Source: Octopus bimaculoides (Eukaryota). From it: a stretch of 40,893 bases of DNA. How positions within the stretch are numbered: position 1 is the stretch's first letter; each line of letters starts with the position of its first letter. The position numbers and the translations under genes are program-made. Shown here piece after piece: positions 24,001 through 35,655 of this stretch. The notes under the pieces are model-generated. The model was not told the origin of the DNA. It ran no database searches and saw only the letters and a list, made by a program, of their open reading frames with translations. The stretch covers positions 20,136,620 through 20,177,512 of the forward strand of contig NC_068982.1 of the NCBI RefSeq assembly GCF_001194135.2. Reading direction: 5' to 3'.

Positions 24001-24939
24001 ATTCTTGTATTGTTTCTGTCAGATTTTCTTCATGAAGACTGTGGTTACTCAGTGTTGGTGTATCTTCGCATTTTCAGAAATCTTTTAACCTAGAACTGTA
24101 TAGAATTGTATATTTTTAATACAAACAGATTGTGTGAACTCCACCATCATTTCAATTTTACCATGGCGTTCAAGTATGTACCTATATTTTTCGCAGCTTG
24201 TACTTCTCGTGTACGTTTACGGAAATTATAACATTCTCATTGTTGTATACATGAGTATATAAATTCTAACATTTTAAATATATATTTGTATGTATCAGGA
24301 CAATGTTCTTCCGTTCTGCTTCTCTTGAGAAGCTTCTTTCCGTATCCCTATCAATGAATAATATTTCCGTTAATATCCAGATAAATTGTCAGTTTGAATT
24401 CACTCATCGATTTGAAGCACATTATTTCATAAGGTATTTGATGAAAATGCGTAAGCAATATCCGTTATTTTCTCTGTCGATAGGAAATGCATCTCCTAGA
24501 GTGTAATGACAGGATCATGAACTGAAACAGTCATTGTGTTGGTGATTGTAACAACTATGTTCCTCGCGTATTTCATGATACTGAAAACGATTCTGATATG
24601 CTATGATTTTAACTTAGGCGGATGTGTATATGTGTTTTAGTTAAAATTAGTGTTTTGGGAATAAGATTTAAATGAATTCATCGATATATTCCTTCTGGAT
24701 TCACATCAACTAGAAGTTCACTAACTATTATAATGAATACATTTGTTGCAACAAAAACGTATGCAGTGAGAATATATTTTCACATCTTTCAGTTTTGACC
24801 TTTGACATATTCATTTTTGAAACGATTCGAAAGCTCGCTTCCAATAATAAGATAAAGGCAGAAAACATGATGTAAAAAGAAATTCTTTAATAACAGATCT
24901 CTGGACTGCTTTTAGAAATACACACACGTATGCCCGCTC

Positions 24940-24978
24940 AGAGAAAGAGAAGGAAAGAGAGTGAGAGAGAGAGAGAGG

Positions 24979-25022
<44 letters not shown>
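24940..25022. repeat. (GA)n microsatellite
   Basis: Direct. Confidence 0.95.
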
Positions 25023-25023
<1 letters not shown>

Positions 25024-26590
25024 GAAAAAGAGAGTAAAATTAATGCGGACGTATATACACTCATAAAAAAATATATACTCATAAAAATATATACTCATAT
25101 AGGTATAGCTGACCGGTCCTAAATTCCCTGTGTCCCACTGACACGTCCTGATATTTCTATCCTATAGGATGGCCCTCTAAGCATTACCTTCCATTCGTGT
25201 CTTTTTAGCTGTGTGGCTGTATTCTGTTCGTTTCTTATTTATTTCGTCTTTGTCCTTCGTCCATCGTTTTATATTACATATATTCTCTTTCATATGTGCA
25301 CCTCTGTATCGCTGGTTATCTATGTATTGTTTGATATCAGCCCCATATTGTCCGCCACTTTTGAAGGCACCGCAACATGGGAAGCCCTCAGTTTTATCAT
25401 TATTACCATTCGGTTGATAACTGATGAAGAATTAGGGCCCTACTGTGTCTGGCTTCTATCCACTTGTGCACTCAATATATGTTATACGTTTTCAACTTAT
25501 CGTATGTGTATTTCCAATACATTTTTCATCTATTATATATATGCATCTATATGTATGTATATGTATATACACATACGTATATCTACATACTTACATCAAT
25601 ACGTATATATAAATGTATATCTGGGCACAGAAGGTAAAGAAACGTGTACGACAAAAAAGTACGAAGCACGAGTACGTGGTACATGAATTATTCTTTCGAA
25701 AAACGAAAGCCTCAAATGGAAAACAAAACAAAACAAACAAACAACATAAAGAACGAGCATTCATCAGTTGTTGGCTGTTTTTCTAGTGTCGTATTTCGAG
25801 CATTTAACAACAATATACGCTTTCGATAAAACAGTTGCTCCCGCAAAGCAAATGAAATAAAATTTGGGATTTTGCGGAATGTCAAAATTGGTAACACAAA
25901 CAGGACAGTGACAGAAAACAGGAAGGGCTGGTAAGCCTAATGGAGGTTGTGGGGGGGGGGGGGGNNNNNNNNNNNNNNNNNNNNNNNNNNNNNNNNNNNN
26001 NNNNNNNNNNNNNNNNNNNNNNNNNNNNNNNNNNNNNNNNNNNNNNNNNNNNNNNNNNNNNNNNNNNNNNNNNNNNNNNNNNNNNNNNNNNNNNNNNNNN
26101 NNNNNNNNNNNNNNNNNNNNNNNNNNNNNNNNNNNNNNNNNNNNNNNNNNNNNNNNNNNNNNNNNNNNNNNNNNNNNNNNNNNNNNNNNNNNNNNNNNNN
26201 NNNNNNNNNNNNNNNNNNNNNNNNNNNNNNNNNNNNNNNNNNNNNNNNNNNNNNNNNNNNNNNNNNNNNNNNNNNNNNNNNNNNNNNNNNNNNNNNNNNN
26301 NNNNNNNNNNNNNNNNNNNNNNNNNNNNNNNNNNNNNNNNNNNNNNNNNNNNNNNNNNNNNNNNNNNNNNNNNNNNNNNNNNNNNNNNNNNNNNNNNNNN
26401 NNNNNNNNNNNNNNNNNNNNNNNNNNNNNNNNNNNNNNNNNNNNNNNNNNNNNNNNNNNNNNNNNNNNNNNNNNNNNNNNNNNNNNNNNNNNNNNNNNNN
26501 NNNNNNNNNNNNNNNNNNNNNNNNNNNNNNNNNNNNNNNNNNNNNNNNNNNNNNNNNNNNNNNNNNNNNNNNNNNNNNNNNNNNNNNNNN

Positions 26591-26782
26591 ATCACATATA
26601 GAAAAAATTAGATGTATGTATGTACATATACGTATGATTATATATATATATATATAATATATAGTTTTAGGGAACATAACCAAGTTTCAAGGACTCATCG
26701 ATGAAAATCCACTATCACATATAGAAAAAATTAGATGTATGTATGTACATATACGTATGATTATATATATATATATATAATT
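26591..26782. repeat. Direct repeat of about 68 nt, 123-nt period, adjacent to a gap
   Basis: ATCACATATAGAAAAAATTAGATGTATG... at 26591 and 26714. Confidence 0.85.
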
Positions 26783-26934
26783 ATGTGTATTTCTTCTATC
26801 TTAATGAATAAAAATTCTTCTGATAGAATAAATGGGTTAATAGAAACCAATGTAGCAAAGAACACAACATAACTGTGGTTAGTTCCTGTTTTTAAGGCAG
26901 GAACCCCTTGAAATTTTGGGTATTTGAGTATATT

Positions 26935-27038
26935 TAAGAATTTAAGGATTGTAGAAAACGCATGTTATAATTGCATACTATAAATTGCATGTTATAAATG
27001 CAATTATAACATGCGTTTTCTCCAATCCTTAAATTCTT

Positions 27039-27039
<1 letters not shown>
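26935..27039. repeat. Inverted repeat with 42-bp arms (1 mismatch) and a 21-nt spacer
   Basis: 26935-26976 versus 26998-27039. Confidence 0.92.
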
Positions 27040-27069
<30 letters not shown>

Positions 27070-27487
27070 GTATTATATGATTGAATGCCATGCATCCACT
27101 TCCAAGTATAACTATTATTTTATTATTTATTATTTTTTTTGACGTGTATCCATTGTCTGCAGTCTTTCCGGAAAATGGATAGGCGTCAAAATAATAAAAA
27201 GTAATTAAATAAAATAGCAGTAATAAACGAGTGGAGAAAAATATATGTAGTGCGTGTGTTTATTTGGCAAAAAAATGATAAAATGACCATCCCGACGTAC
27301 AATAATATATATAGAGAGAGAAAGAGAGAGAGAGAGAAAGAGAAAGAAAGAGGGATAACGAGAGAGAAATAAATAAAGATAGAGAGAGAATTAAATAAAG
27401 AAACAAAGGGAGAGAAAGAGAGACAGCGATAACTATATATACAACTGTGTTCAAATGTGTGTGTATACGTGTGTGCAAAATATACTG

Positions 27488-27645
27488 GACTGCGTCGGTT
27501 ACGACGACGCGTGATCCGGTTGAACCGATCAAAGGAACATCCTTCTGGTGAAATGAAGCAATTTGTTCGTGCAGTCGGAAATCAAACTCACGACATTACG
27601 ATCGTGAGACGATGGGCCTAAACGCTTGGGCACGCGCATTCATAC
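27488..27645 (-). mobile_element. tRNA-derived SINE family D, apparently head joined to tail
   Basis: Minus strand GCGCGTGCCCAAGCGTTTAGG...CTCACGATCGTAATGTCGTGAGTTTGATTTCC (tRNA-like A/B boxes) followed within about 30 nt by ...GATCGGTTCAACCGGATCACGCGTCGTCGTAACCGACG. Confidence 0.65.
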
Positions 27646-29802
27646 ATACATAATATAAGCATACATATTAAACCCTTAGAGTTATAAATATATATACAAC
27701 TACCACCGTTCTTAAAAAAAAAATAAGATGACGTATCTTACATTTTTCACACCTTGTACTGAAATTGGTTAACACTGGCTAAGGTATTTGATTCTTACAG
27801 GATGACATGGAAAATGATATTTCAACGTCGGTCGACGCTATCTCGAATTTCGGAAGACAAAGCAGTAGAATAGAAATGATTGAACGATAATTTAAAATAC
27901 ATGCATCATGTCTTGCGTTAATTTCAGCCACGTGATCAAGGCTGCAGGAAGTAATTACTTTATTTTGCAGATATTGCAGCTACAGTTGATGCAGCAAATG
28001 CAACAGTAGTTGCAATAATGCTGTTTACACAATTAGAAGCAACAACTGCATTATGCAATATTTGTGTCACCGTTTTTCAATATTGTAGCGTGATGAGAAT
28101 GAGTGACTGTAAATGCAGTACCAGTTGCACTATCAATGTTACCTGCAGTAATGCGAACAGAATCGTAATCAGCTCTGCTGCTGCTGCAAAAGCGGCTGCA
28201 TCAACCACAGGAATGCAACAGTACGGGTTTGACTGTAGTAGAAGCAGTACCAGTCCCCGCACTGGTAGATGTCATGTCAGAAACTAGGAGAGCGACGGCA
28301 GCATTGGTATTAGTAGCAGAAACTGAAACATAGAGTGAATTATGGCATCGAGTCAACTCGAACACCATAAAATATTAGGTACCGAATTTTTGGCGGGGGT
28401 GGTGGTGGTGTTCACGGAATAGCTCTACATAGGAATGAAGCAATAAATAACGTAAAGAACTGAGACGATATATCAATTCTTTTTGAAATGCAATCGTAGT
28501 TTCATACTCCATCAAAACGAAAACGTCTCAGCAATTCTAACACGCACATTTTTAATACGGCATCGATTTCCAATTTAGTTTTAAAAAAAAAGTGCTGCTA
28601 CGTATAATTAAGACGAGGAATCTCTATGTCAGTTAAAATCCATTTACAATTTGGTCGGTTGTTGTATACGTAAATGTCAAAATATACTTTCAGACTTCGG
28701 CTACGTTGCGTGACAAGCTGATAAGCGTGCAAGCGGATTGTGATGGTCTCTGATATGTTGATATAAGATTAAATTAGAAACTCAGAGTTTGCTAGCATCA
28801 GCATCTTATAAGACGAGGGTATAGTCTTTTCCCTAAATGCACAAACTATGAGCTCTAGACGAGGCTGCTTGTAATAGCAGAATCTCGTATGTTGCAAAGC
28901 CTCAATCTCCAAGAAATATGAATAAATTATGCAACAAACATTACAAAAATAACGAAGTCTAATAGTAAACGAATGCAACGAAACGCAAACACTTGAACAA
29001 AATTATCTGCAATTACAGCAGAATGCACACCAGAAATATAAGAAAAAAATATCTAAATATAAATAGACATTGAAAATTCCTGCCGATTATAAGATAGCTG
29101 AGTCGATAACCTTTATCAGATTACGTGTACACAGCGATTGGAAAATGAACCGTAGAACAAAAACTGCCTACGATACAAATGACAGGAAATGATGTCGAAT
29201 ATTTTACTGTTCATTGGATAGGCACATTTGACTTCTGAAAAATGTCAGTTAATGGAGTAGGAAACAACTGTGAGAGATTGTGCATGTAGATATGTTATTT
29301 TGACAATATTTTAGGGCAATTTGTAGTCAAGAATACGGTATACTTTGAAAAATTATGTCTTATATGTAAAAAGAAATCATTTCAGCTGGAACAAGCTATA
29401 TATATATATATATTATAACGTCGATAATGTTATGACCAAGATAAGATAAAATGTGGCAATAAATAATTTTAAATGTTTCACCGAAATATGTGCTCGACAT
29501 TCAACTCAATCTCTGCCGACGCTTCTTCTATCGATGAAGTTTTGCAAAACTGTGTCGTAGTATTTCAATTTACATCACGTATATGATGAAAAGCCGAATG
29601 GTAAATGAGGATGGCATGTGTTCAAGATGTTTAACCGACTGAAAAACCATACAAACGTTCATAATGATTAATTATGTAGAGATAGCGAATAGGTATAAAC
29701 AATTAATCTCAGCTGTTAAAACTCTTGATACTTCTTGCGGAGACCTGTTAGCGCTTTGGATTATATTATGTGCAACAATGATATATGCAGTCGCATAAGA
29801 AA

Positions 29803-29827
29803 ACACACACACACATACACACACACA

Positions 29828-29860
<33 letters not shown>

Positions 29861-29875
29861 TCACACACACGCATA
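29803..29875. repeat. (CA)n microsatellite
   Basis: Direct. Confidence 0.95.
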
Positions 29876-30390
29876 TATGTGAGTATATATGTACATATTA
29901 TACATCCATGAATATTTTCATTGTCCTGTCGGACTCTTGAAAGAATCTCTTCAACATTTTGCATATTGGGTCTATTAATANNNNNNNNNNNNNNNNNNNN
30001 NNNNNNNNNNNNNNNNNNNNNNNNNNNNNNNNNNNNNNNNNNNNNNNNNNNNNNNNNNNNNNNNNNNNNNNNNNNNNNNNNNNNNATATGTATATATATA
30101 TGTATATATATATATGTATGTACGTATGTATGTATGTATATATTTATATATAAAAGATAACAAGAGTGAAAAAACTACAGAAGGCTTGTGTTACATGGTT
30201 AAAGTATATGTTTAAATTATGTCAGAAACATGTTAGAAAGATGTTAGAAAAATGTTATAAAATCTTTTTGGTATATAAACATTGTATTTTGAGAAATAAC
30301 CGGTTTCGTGTTGTCTTTTCAAATTTCTCTACTTCATTGTGTCGTGTTCGTATATATATATATATATGTATACATATATGTATATTCGCC

Positions 30391-30570
30391 ATGATAGACC
30401 ACTAGCCACTACACATTCTTTTTTTCTCTCCTTGTTTTTTCCGTGTTCCTTTCTATGGAAGAGCGTAGGCTCGAAACGTTAAAGACTTTTTCACTTCCCG
30501 AGTGTTATACTAATACATATGTTTGTTTTCTACACTACCTGTCTTCGTCTTTTTTTTCGTGAATTCTCCC
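30391..30570 (+). mobile_element. Penelope-like pLTR fragment
   Basis: Starts ATGATAGACCACTAGCCACTAC (as at 36901), has the core TGGAAGAGCGTAGGCTCGAAACGTT at 30456-30480, and ends TTCTCCC-(TA)n. Confidence 0.6.
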
Positions 30571-30599
30571 TATATATATATAGTTTAAAATTTATAGAA

Positions 30600-30745
30600 A
30601 AAGAAAAGACGAAAGACAGGTGTATGAACAACAAGCAAATGTATTAGTTTGACGTTAAAAAAAAAAGGAAGTCTTTTACGTTTCGAGCCTATGCTCTTCA
30701 ACAGAAAGGAATAAGAGAAAATAAACAGAGTGAGAATGAAAAAAA
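30600..30745 (-). mobile_element. Penelope-like pLTR fragment, inverted relative to the neighbouring copy
   Basis: Minus-strand core TTGAAGAGCATAGGCTCGAAACGTA at 30701-30677. Confidence 0.6.
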
Positions 30746-31815
30746 CCATCTACATATGTCAAACGCACACATATTTTATATTATATTTATGCACATATAC
30801 AATAATTATCATTTATATAAAGTAAAATAGTAGTGTGTATCGGTTATAAATACATATATATATATATACATGCATATATATAGGGTGTCACTCTCAGTGT
30901 CTCTCTTCCTCTCTATCTCCTCCTATCTCTTTCTCTTTCTTCTGTCTATCTAAATATATGCATATATATATATTATATATGCATGAATATTTTGATTGTC
31001 CTCTCGAACTCTTGAAATAATCCCTTCCGCATTTTGCATATTAGTTCTTGTAATATCAATGAATTCAACCTTAGTTACAAATAAATCAAAACTTGCTCAC
31101 ACTAAAATTGGTACCAGGAAATCTATTTGAATGTGAAGAATAGAAATGTGTAATGAAAAATTAAATAAATGAAAGTGGAACCTATTTTCAAAAATATATG
31201 TATTCTGTTAAAGTTCAAAATATTAGTGATACATATTAGGAAATACAATATTTTTTCCTTCGCTTTCTCTATAAACTCACATTTTCTTCAGTAATGTATG
31301 ACTATTTCGTAAATATATTGTTTTTGAGGTCACTTTACACCTTTACATTTGTACCATTCAAATGTCACTGTACTTATCTTTGAGTTTCTCTCTCCAATTT
31401 TGCTATATGTATACACAAACATCCATTATTCCTAAATACCTACCTACATGCACCCACCACTACCACTCATGCATATACAGGCAGACTATCTGACATATAT
31501 ACAGGCGATAGCGTTAGGTGTGCTGTATTCGTATTTCCAAATGTAAATTTATTTTGTCATACATTCAGCTTCTCTGATGCTAGAGAAAGCGGCAAAAATG
31601 TTGAATAACAGATAATATCACGAATATATCTGAATTGGTGTATTTATGTAATTTCTACGAATAAGTGCCATATACCTTATACACACCCGTTCCAACATCT
31701 ATGAAATAAACAGAGATTTATGTACATAGGCTGTGCGATTGTGAAACTGATTATATTCAAACTGTTATACACAGACGCACGCACATACAGAGAGACAAAC
31801 ACACACGCACACATA

Positions 31816-31816
<1 letters not shown>

Positions 31817-31857
<41 letters not shown>

Positions 31858-31917
31858 CATTATTATTATTATTTTTTTAAATTTTTATTATTATTATTAT
31901 CATTATTATTATTATTA

Positions 31918-31955
<38 letters not shown>

Positions 31956-32037
31956 CACTTTCAATACAGTNNNNNNNNNNNNNNNNNNNNNNNNNNNNNN
32001 NNNNNNNNNNNNNNNNNNNNNNNNNNNATTATTATTA

Positions 32038-32072
<35 letters not shown>

Positions 32073-32075
32073 CAC
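31817..32075. repeat. (TTA)n microsatellite spanning a gap
   Basis: Direct. Confidence 0.95.
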
Positions 32076-32183
32076 TTTCAATACAGTAACCATAAGAGCA
32101 TCACAGCAAACCACAGCACATACTCAAGGCACAGAGAGCTGCGCTCGGTAGTGAAGTGAAAGCACGTTATAAAAATAAAACTA

Positions 32184-32184
<1 letters not shown>

Positions 32185-32267
<83 letters not shown>

Positions 32268-32350
32268 AAGAAGCAGAAGAAGAAGAAGAAGTAAAAGAAG
32301 AAACAGAAGAAGAAGGAGGAGGAGGAGGAGGAGAAGAAGAAGAACAACAA
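32185..32350. repeat. (AAT)n(AAG)n(GGA)n compound array
   Basis: Direct. Confidence 0.95.
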
Positions 32351-32386
32351 CACTTATCATTTATATTATTGATTATTATTATTATT

Positions 32387-32610
32387 AAGGCAGTAAGCTG
32401 GCAGTATGGTTAGTACGCCAGGCAAAAGGCTTAGCGACATTTCGTCCGTGTTCACTTCTAAGTTCAGACTCTGCCGAGGTCAACATTGCCTTTCATCCTG
32501 TCGTAATCTATAAATTAAGTTACCAGTGAGACACTGAGGTCGATGTAATCGCCTAACATCATCTCTTCAAGTTTCAGGCCTGGTGCCTATAGTAGAAAGG
32601 ATTATTATTA
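32387..32610 (+). mobile_element. SINE family B (diverged) with (ATT)n tail
   Basis: GCTGGCAG...AGTTCAGACTCTGCCGAGGTCAACATTGCCTTTCATCC aligns to the reverse complement of 6968-7186. Confidence 0.85.
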
Positions 32611-32615
32611 TCATA

Positions 32616-32795
32616 AAGACAGCAAACTGGCAGTATTGTTAACACGCACGGAGAAATACTTAGCAGTATTTCATCTGTCCTCACGTTTTGAGTTCAAATT
32701 CCGGCGAGGACGACTTTGCTTTTCATCCTGTCGAGGTCGATGAAGCAAGTACTAGTTATTCAGTGGGGCCGATGTAATCGATTAACCTCCTCCCC
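32616..32795 (+). mobile_element. SINE family B (diverged), head-to-tail with the previous copy
   Basis: ACTGGCAG...GAGTTCAAATTCCGGCGAGGACGACTTTGCTTTTCATCC. Confidence 0.85.
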
Positions 32796-33184
32796 AACGA
32801 GCAGCTTGTAATTCTTGCATCTCCTTGTTCGGTTAACAGAGCTCGATGAGGTAGATTTTTGTCAAAAACCTATGAGGCTTTAACTTGCATGAGCTTTACA
32901 TAATAATAACAATCACTACAGCAGTATCAGCAGCAGCAATATCAACAACAACATTAAATATTTGGAGCATAAAAACTGTAAACGTTGTGCCTATAATAAT
33001 TGGTGTTACCGGAAACTAAGCTCCTATTGGTCAAGGCCTGCCACATGGTGTTAATATGAGTGAGATCGACATTCCAGTGTGTAAAAAAAAGAGAGTGAGA
33101 AAGAGAGAGAAGAGAGGAAGAGAAGAAGAGAGAAACATACACGCAGACAAGGAAAGAGAGAGACATTGACAGAGATAAATAGAT

Positions 33185-33211
33185 AGATACAGAGAGGGAG
33201 AGAGAGAGAGA

Positions 33212-33290
<79 letters not shown>
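33185..33290. repeat. (GA)n microsatellite
   Basis: Direct. Confidence 0.95.
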
Positions 33291-33292
<2 letters not shown>

Positions 33293-34305
33293 GAAAGGTG
33301 AATATAGATATATTTTTCGATGTCTTCTATACAATAAGAAACGTTTCCGTACATTTTTACATCAATATGTATTATCAGCCTTAACCATTACAACTGTGTA
33401 TTTAGAATTTGGTGTCAATAAAAAAAGCGTAACTCAACAGATCACCGGAATATCATCGGTACATCTATGTGTAAATGCGAGTCGAATCGCAGATATCACT
33501 TCTTGTCACAATGTGCTTCCAATTTATTCTTGATTGCAACCCATTTTCCATCTTAGCCAAAATAATTTACCTACCTCAACTTACCGTCATTCATCGTTCA
33601 GGCATTCTGAGTGGCCTCTTTTGATCTCTTGAATTTAATTCAGCAGCAACACGAGTTACTTGCTGTCTGTGAACTTTGCAACATGTCTGTCCCGGTAGGA
33701 CTTGTGCTTTTTATAGTCTGCGATCACATTGGTCATTCCACTCCGTTCTCGATTACTACACATTGGATATATTCCTGAAATGGTATTCCAAGCATACACA
33801 TCCAATGCGTCATACGCATTCGATATTCTTCCTTCATGTAGACTACGTCTCATTTGCGTATTAAATCGCAGGTAAGATGGTGCTACTGAAGATATAAACA
33901 AACGCGAAATTTTAATAACACACATTTAATAACCATATATTGTATATAGTTTACTGTTAGCTTGAACTTTACGGAATTACAGAATGTTACGTGTATTTCA
34001 CTTTTGTGTACATTGAAAATTTTGCCTAACGTCGCTTCTGAAATAAATAGTAATGTCAATTCTAAATTGTCCTTATCACGCATTTTGATTTTTCTGAATT
34101 GAATTTCGAGATTTTATAACTTTCTGTCTTCACCATGTTAGATCCATAATCTATGAGGGACGAGTGTTGAAAAATTTAGGTTGGTTTCGTAGAACATCGA
34201 AATTTTCGAAATATCAAAAGCTATAATTCTGCGAGTTGTCTGAACTTCTAAAGACCAATTTCCAATTACCAAAGTCCGATACAAATTATTGAAAAATATA
34301 TTCTA

Positions 34306-34664
34306 GGCACAGGAGTGGCTGCGTGGTAAGTAGCTTGCTTACCAACCACATGGTTCCGAGTTCAGTTCCACTGCGTGGCACATTGGGCAAGTGTCTTCTA
34401 CTAAAGCTTCGGGCCGACCAAAGCCTTGTGAGTGGATTTGGTAGACGGAAACTGAAAGAAGCTCGTCGTATATATGTATATGTATGTATGTGTGTGTATA
34501 TGTTTGTATGTCTGTGTTTGTCTCTCCAACATCGCTTGACAACCGATGCACGGACAGAATAAGTACTAGGCTTCCGAAGATTAAGTCCTGGGGTCGATTT
34601 GCTCGACAAAAGGCGGTGCTTCAGCATGGCTGCAGTCAAATGACTGAAACAAGTAAAAGAGTAA
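34306..34664 (+). mobile_element. SINE family A, near full length, with tRNA-like head and internal microsatellite
   Basis: A-box-like TGGCTGCGTGG, B-box-like AGTTCAGTTCC, internal (TA/TG)n, 3' GACTGAAACAAGTAAAAGAGTAA; 43-nt internal deletion near 34550 relative to the 6085 copy. Confidence 0.92.
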
Positions 34665-35104
34665 GCATGAATGCAGAACCGAAGCATGTATATGGTATTT
34701 ATGCACAATTGAAAAATGTCTGATTTATAAACATACAATATAAACAATATTCACCATAATTCCAAAATTTAAGATCATATTGAAAATATCATATACGGAA
34801 TATGTAGCATAGATCCGTTCTTGTTTTCAACATGGTAGAAGATACATGCATGCCATTAGTGTATATTAGATCTCCCCTTAAATTGAATTGACGTTATGAA
34901 TTTTTCATAAAACCGTGCATATCGCGCTCATACATCGCAGTCTTTCATCGTGATTGCAATTTTTCATAAATTATATGTGATACATGCATCAATTAAAAGT
35001 GTATTCTTTATTGTCTTTTTTAAATTTATTTCTCCCGCTTCTTTTGTACACCTATCTGCTTATTAGCCAACCTACGCATCGAATACATGTACTTTTAGAC
35101 AGAA

Positions 35105-35375
35105 AATCTTTCTTTCTTCCTTCCTTTCTTCTTTCCTTCTTTCCTTCTTTCCTTCTTCCTTTCTTTCTTTCTTTCTTTCTTTCTTCGGTCCTTTCTTCTT
35201 TCCTTCCTTCATTTCTTCTTTTCTTTCTTTCTTCCTTTCTTTCTTCCTTTCTTCCTTCCTTCCTTCATTTCTTCTTTTCTTTCTTTCTTCCTTTCTTTCT
35301 TCCTTTCCCCCTTCCTTTCTTTCTTTCTCTCTTTCTTTCTTTCTTTCTTTCTCCCTTTCTTTCTTTCTTTCTTGT
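35105..35375. repeat. (CTTT)n/(CTTC)n pyrimidine tract
   Basis: Direct. Confidence 0.95.
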
Positions 35376-35434
35376 TAGCTAGCTATCTACACATTTATCA
35401 ATCTGTTCATTGTTTAAAATATCTCTCGTTCCCC

Positions 35435-35516
35435 CCATACACACACACACATGCATGTATATATATATGTATATATGCATATGTGTATATATATATATAT
35501 GTATATACATATATAC

Positions 35517-35553
<37 letters not shown>

Positions 35554-35582
35554 GACACACATATATATATATATATATATAT

Positions 35583-35625
<43 letters not shown>

Positions 35626-35655
35626 CATACATACATACATACATGCATACATACA
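35435..35655. repeat. (CA)n/(TA)n compound microsatellite
   Basis: Direct. Confidence 0.95.

Larger units (their letters stand above)
29907..31055. repeat. Dispersed direct repeat pair, 74 nt each (29907-29980 and 30982-31055), about 85 percent identical
   Basis: Ungapped manual alignment shows 11 mismatches in 74 nt; offset 1075 bp. Confidence 0.85.

Noticed and set aside
25213-25686. 157-aa hydrophobic ORF
   Set aside because: GTG start, T-rich low-complexity composition running into (TA)n, and no motif recognised.
26591-26782. Biological significance of the 123-nt-period duplication
   Set aside because: It abuts a large gap and the copies are near-identical, so an assembly artefact cannot be excluded.
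27971-28330. About 105 open codons after a TTTTGCAG acceptor (Ala/Cys/Ser/Thr-rich)
   Set aside because: Sequence is a degenerate GCA/GTA trinucleotide tract that drifts in register, which suppresses stops; no recognisable domain.
1763-32151. Long ORF-track entries spanning X runs, or made of IY/HT/CV/SL/RE/poly-D/H/N repeats
   Set aside because: They are open only because N gaps or microsatellites contain no stop codons; they are not genes.
426-33590. Scattered single strong splice sites (e.g. 426-431, 4376-4421, 8302, 12183, 13027, 20077, 27800, 33579)
   Set aside because: Each lacks a matching partner site, a stop-free frame or a phase-compatible neighbour; expected by chance in 40 kb of AT-rich DNA.
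34306-34385. tRNA gene calls for SINE heads (also 7100-7186, 27575-27645, 32387-32475)
   Set aside because: A/B boxes are present but there is no complete cloverleaf; each continues into a multicopy SINE body.
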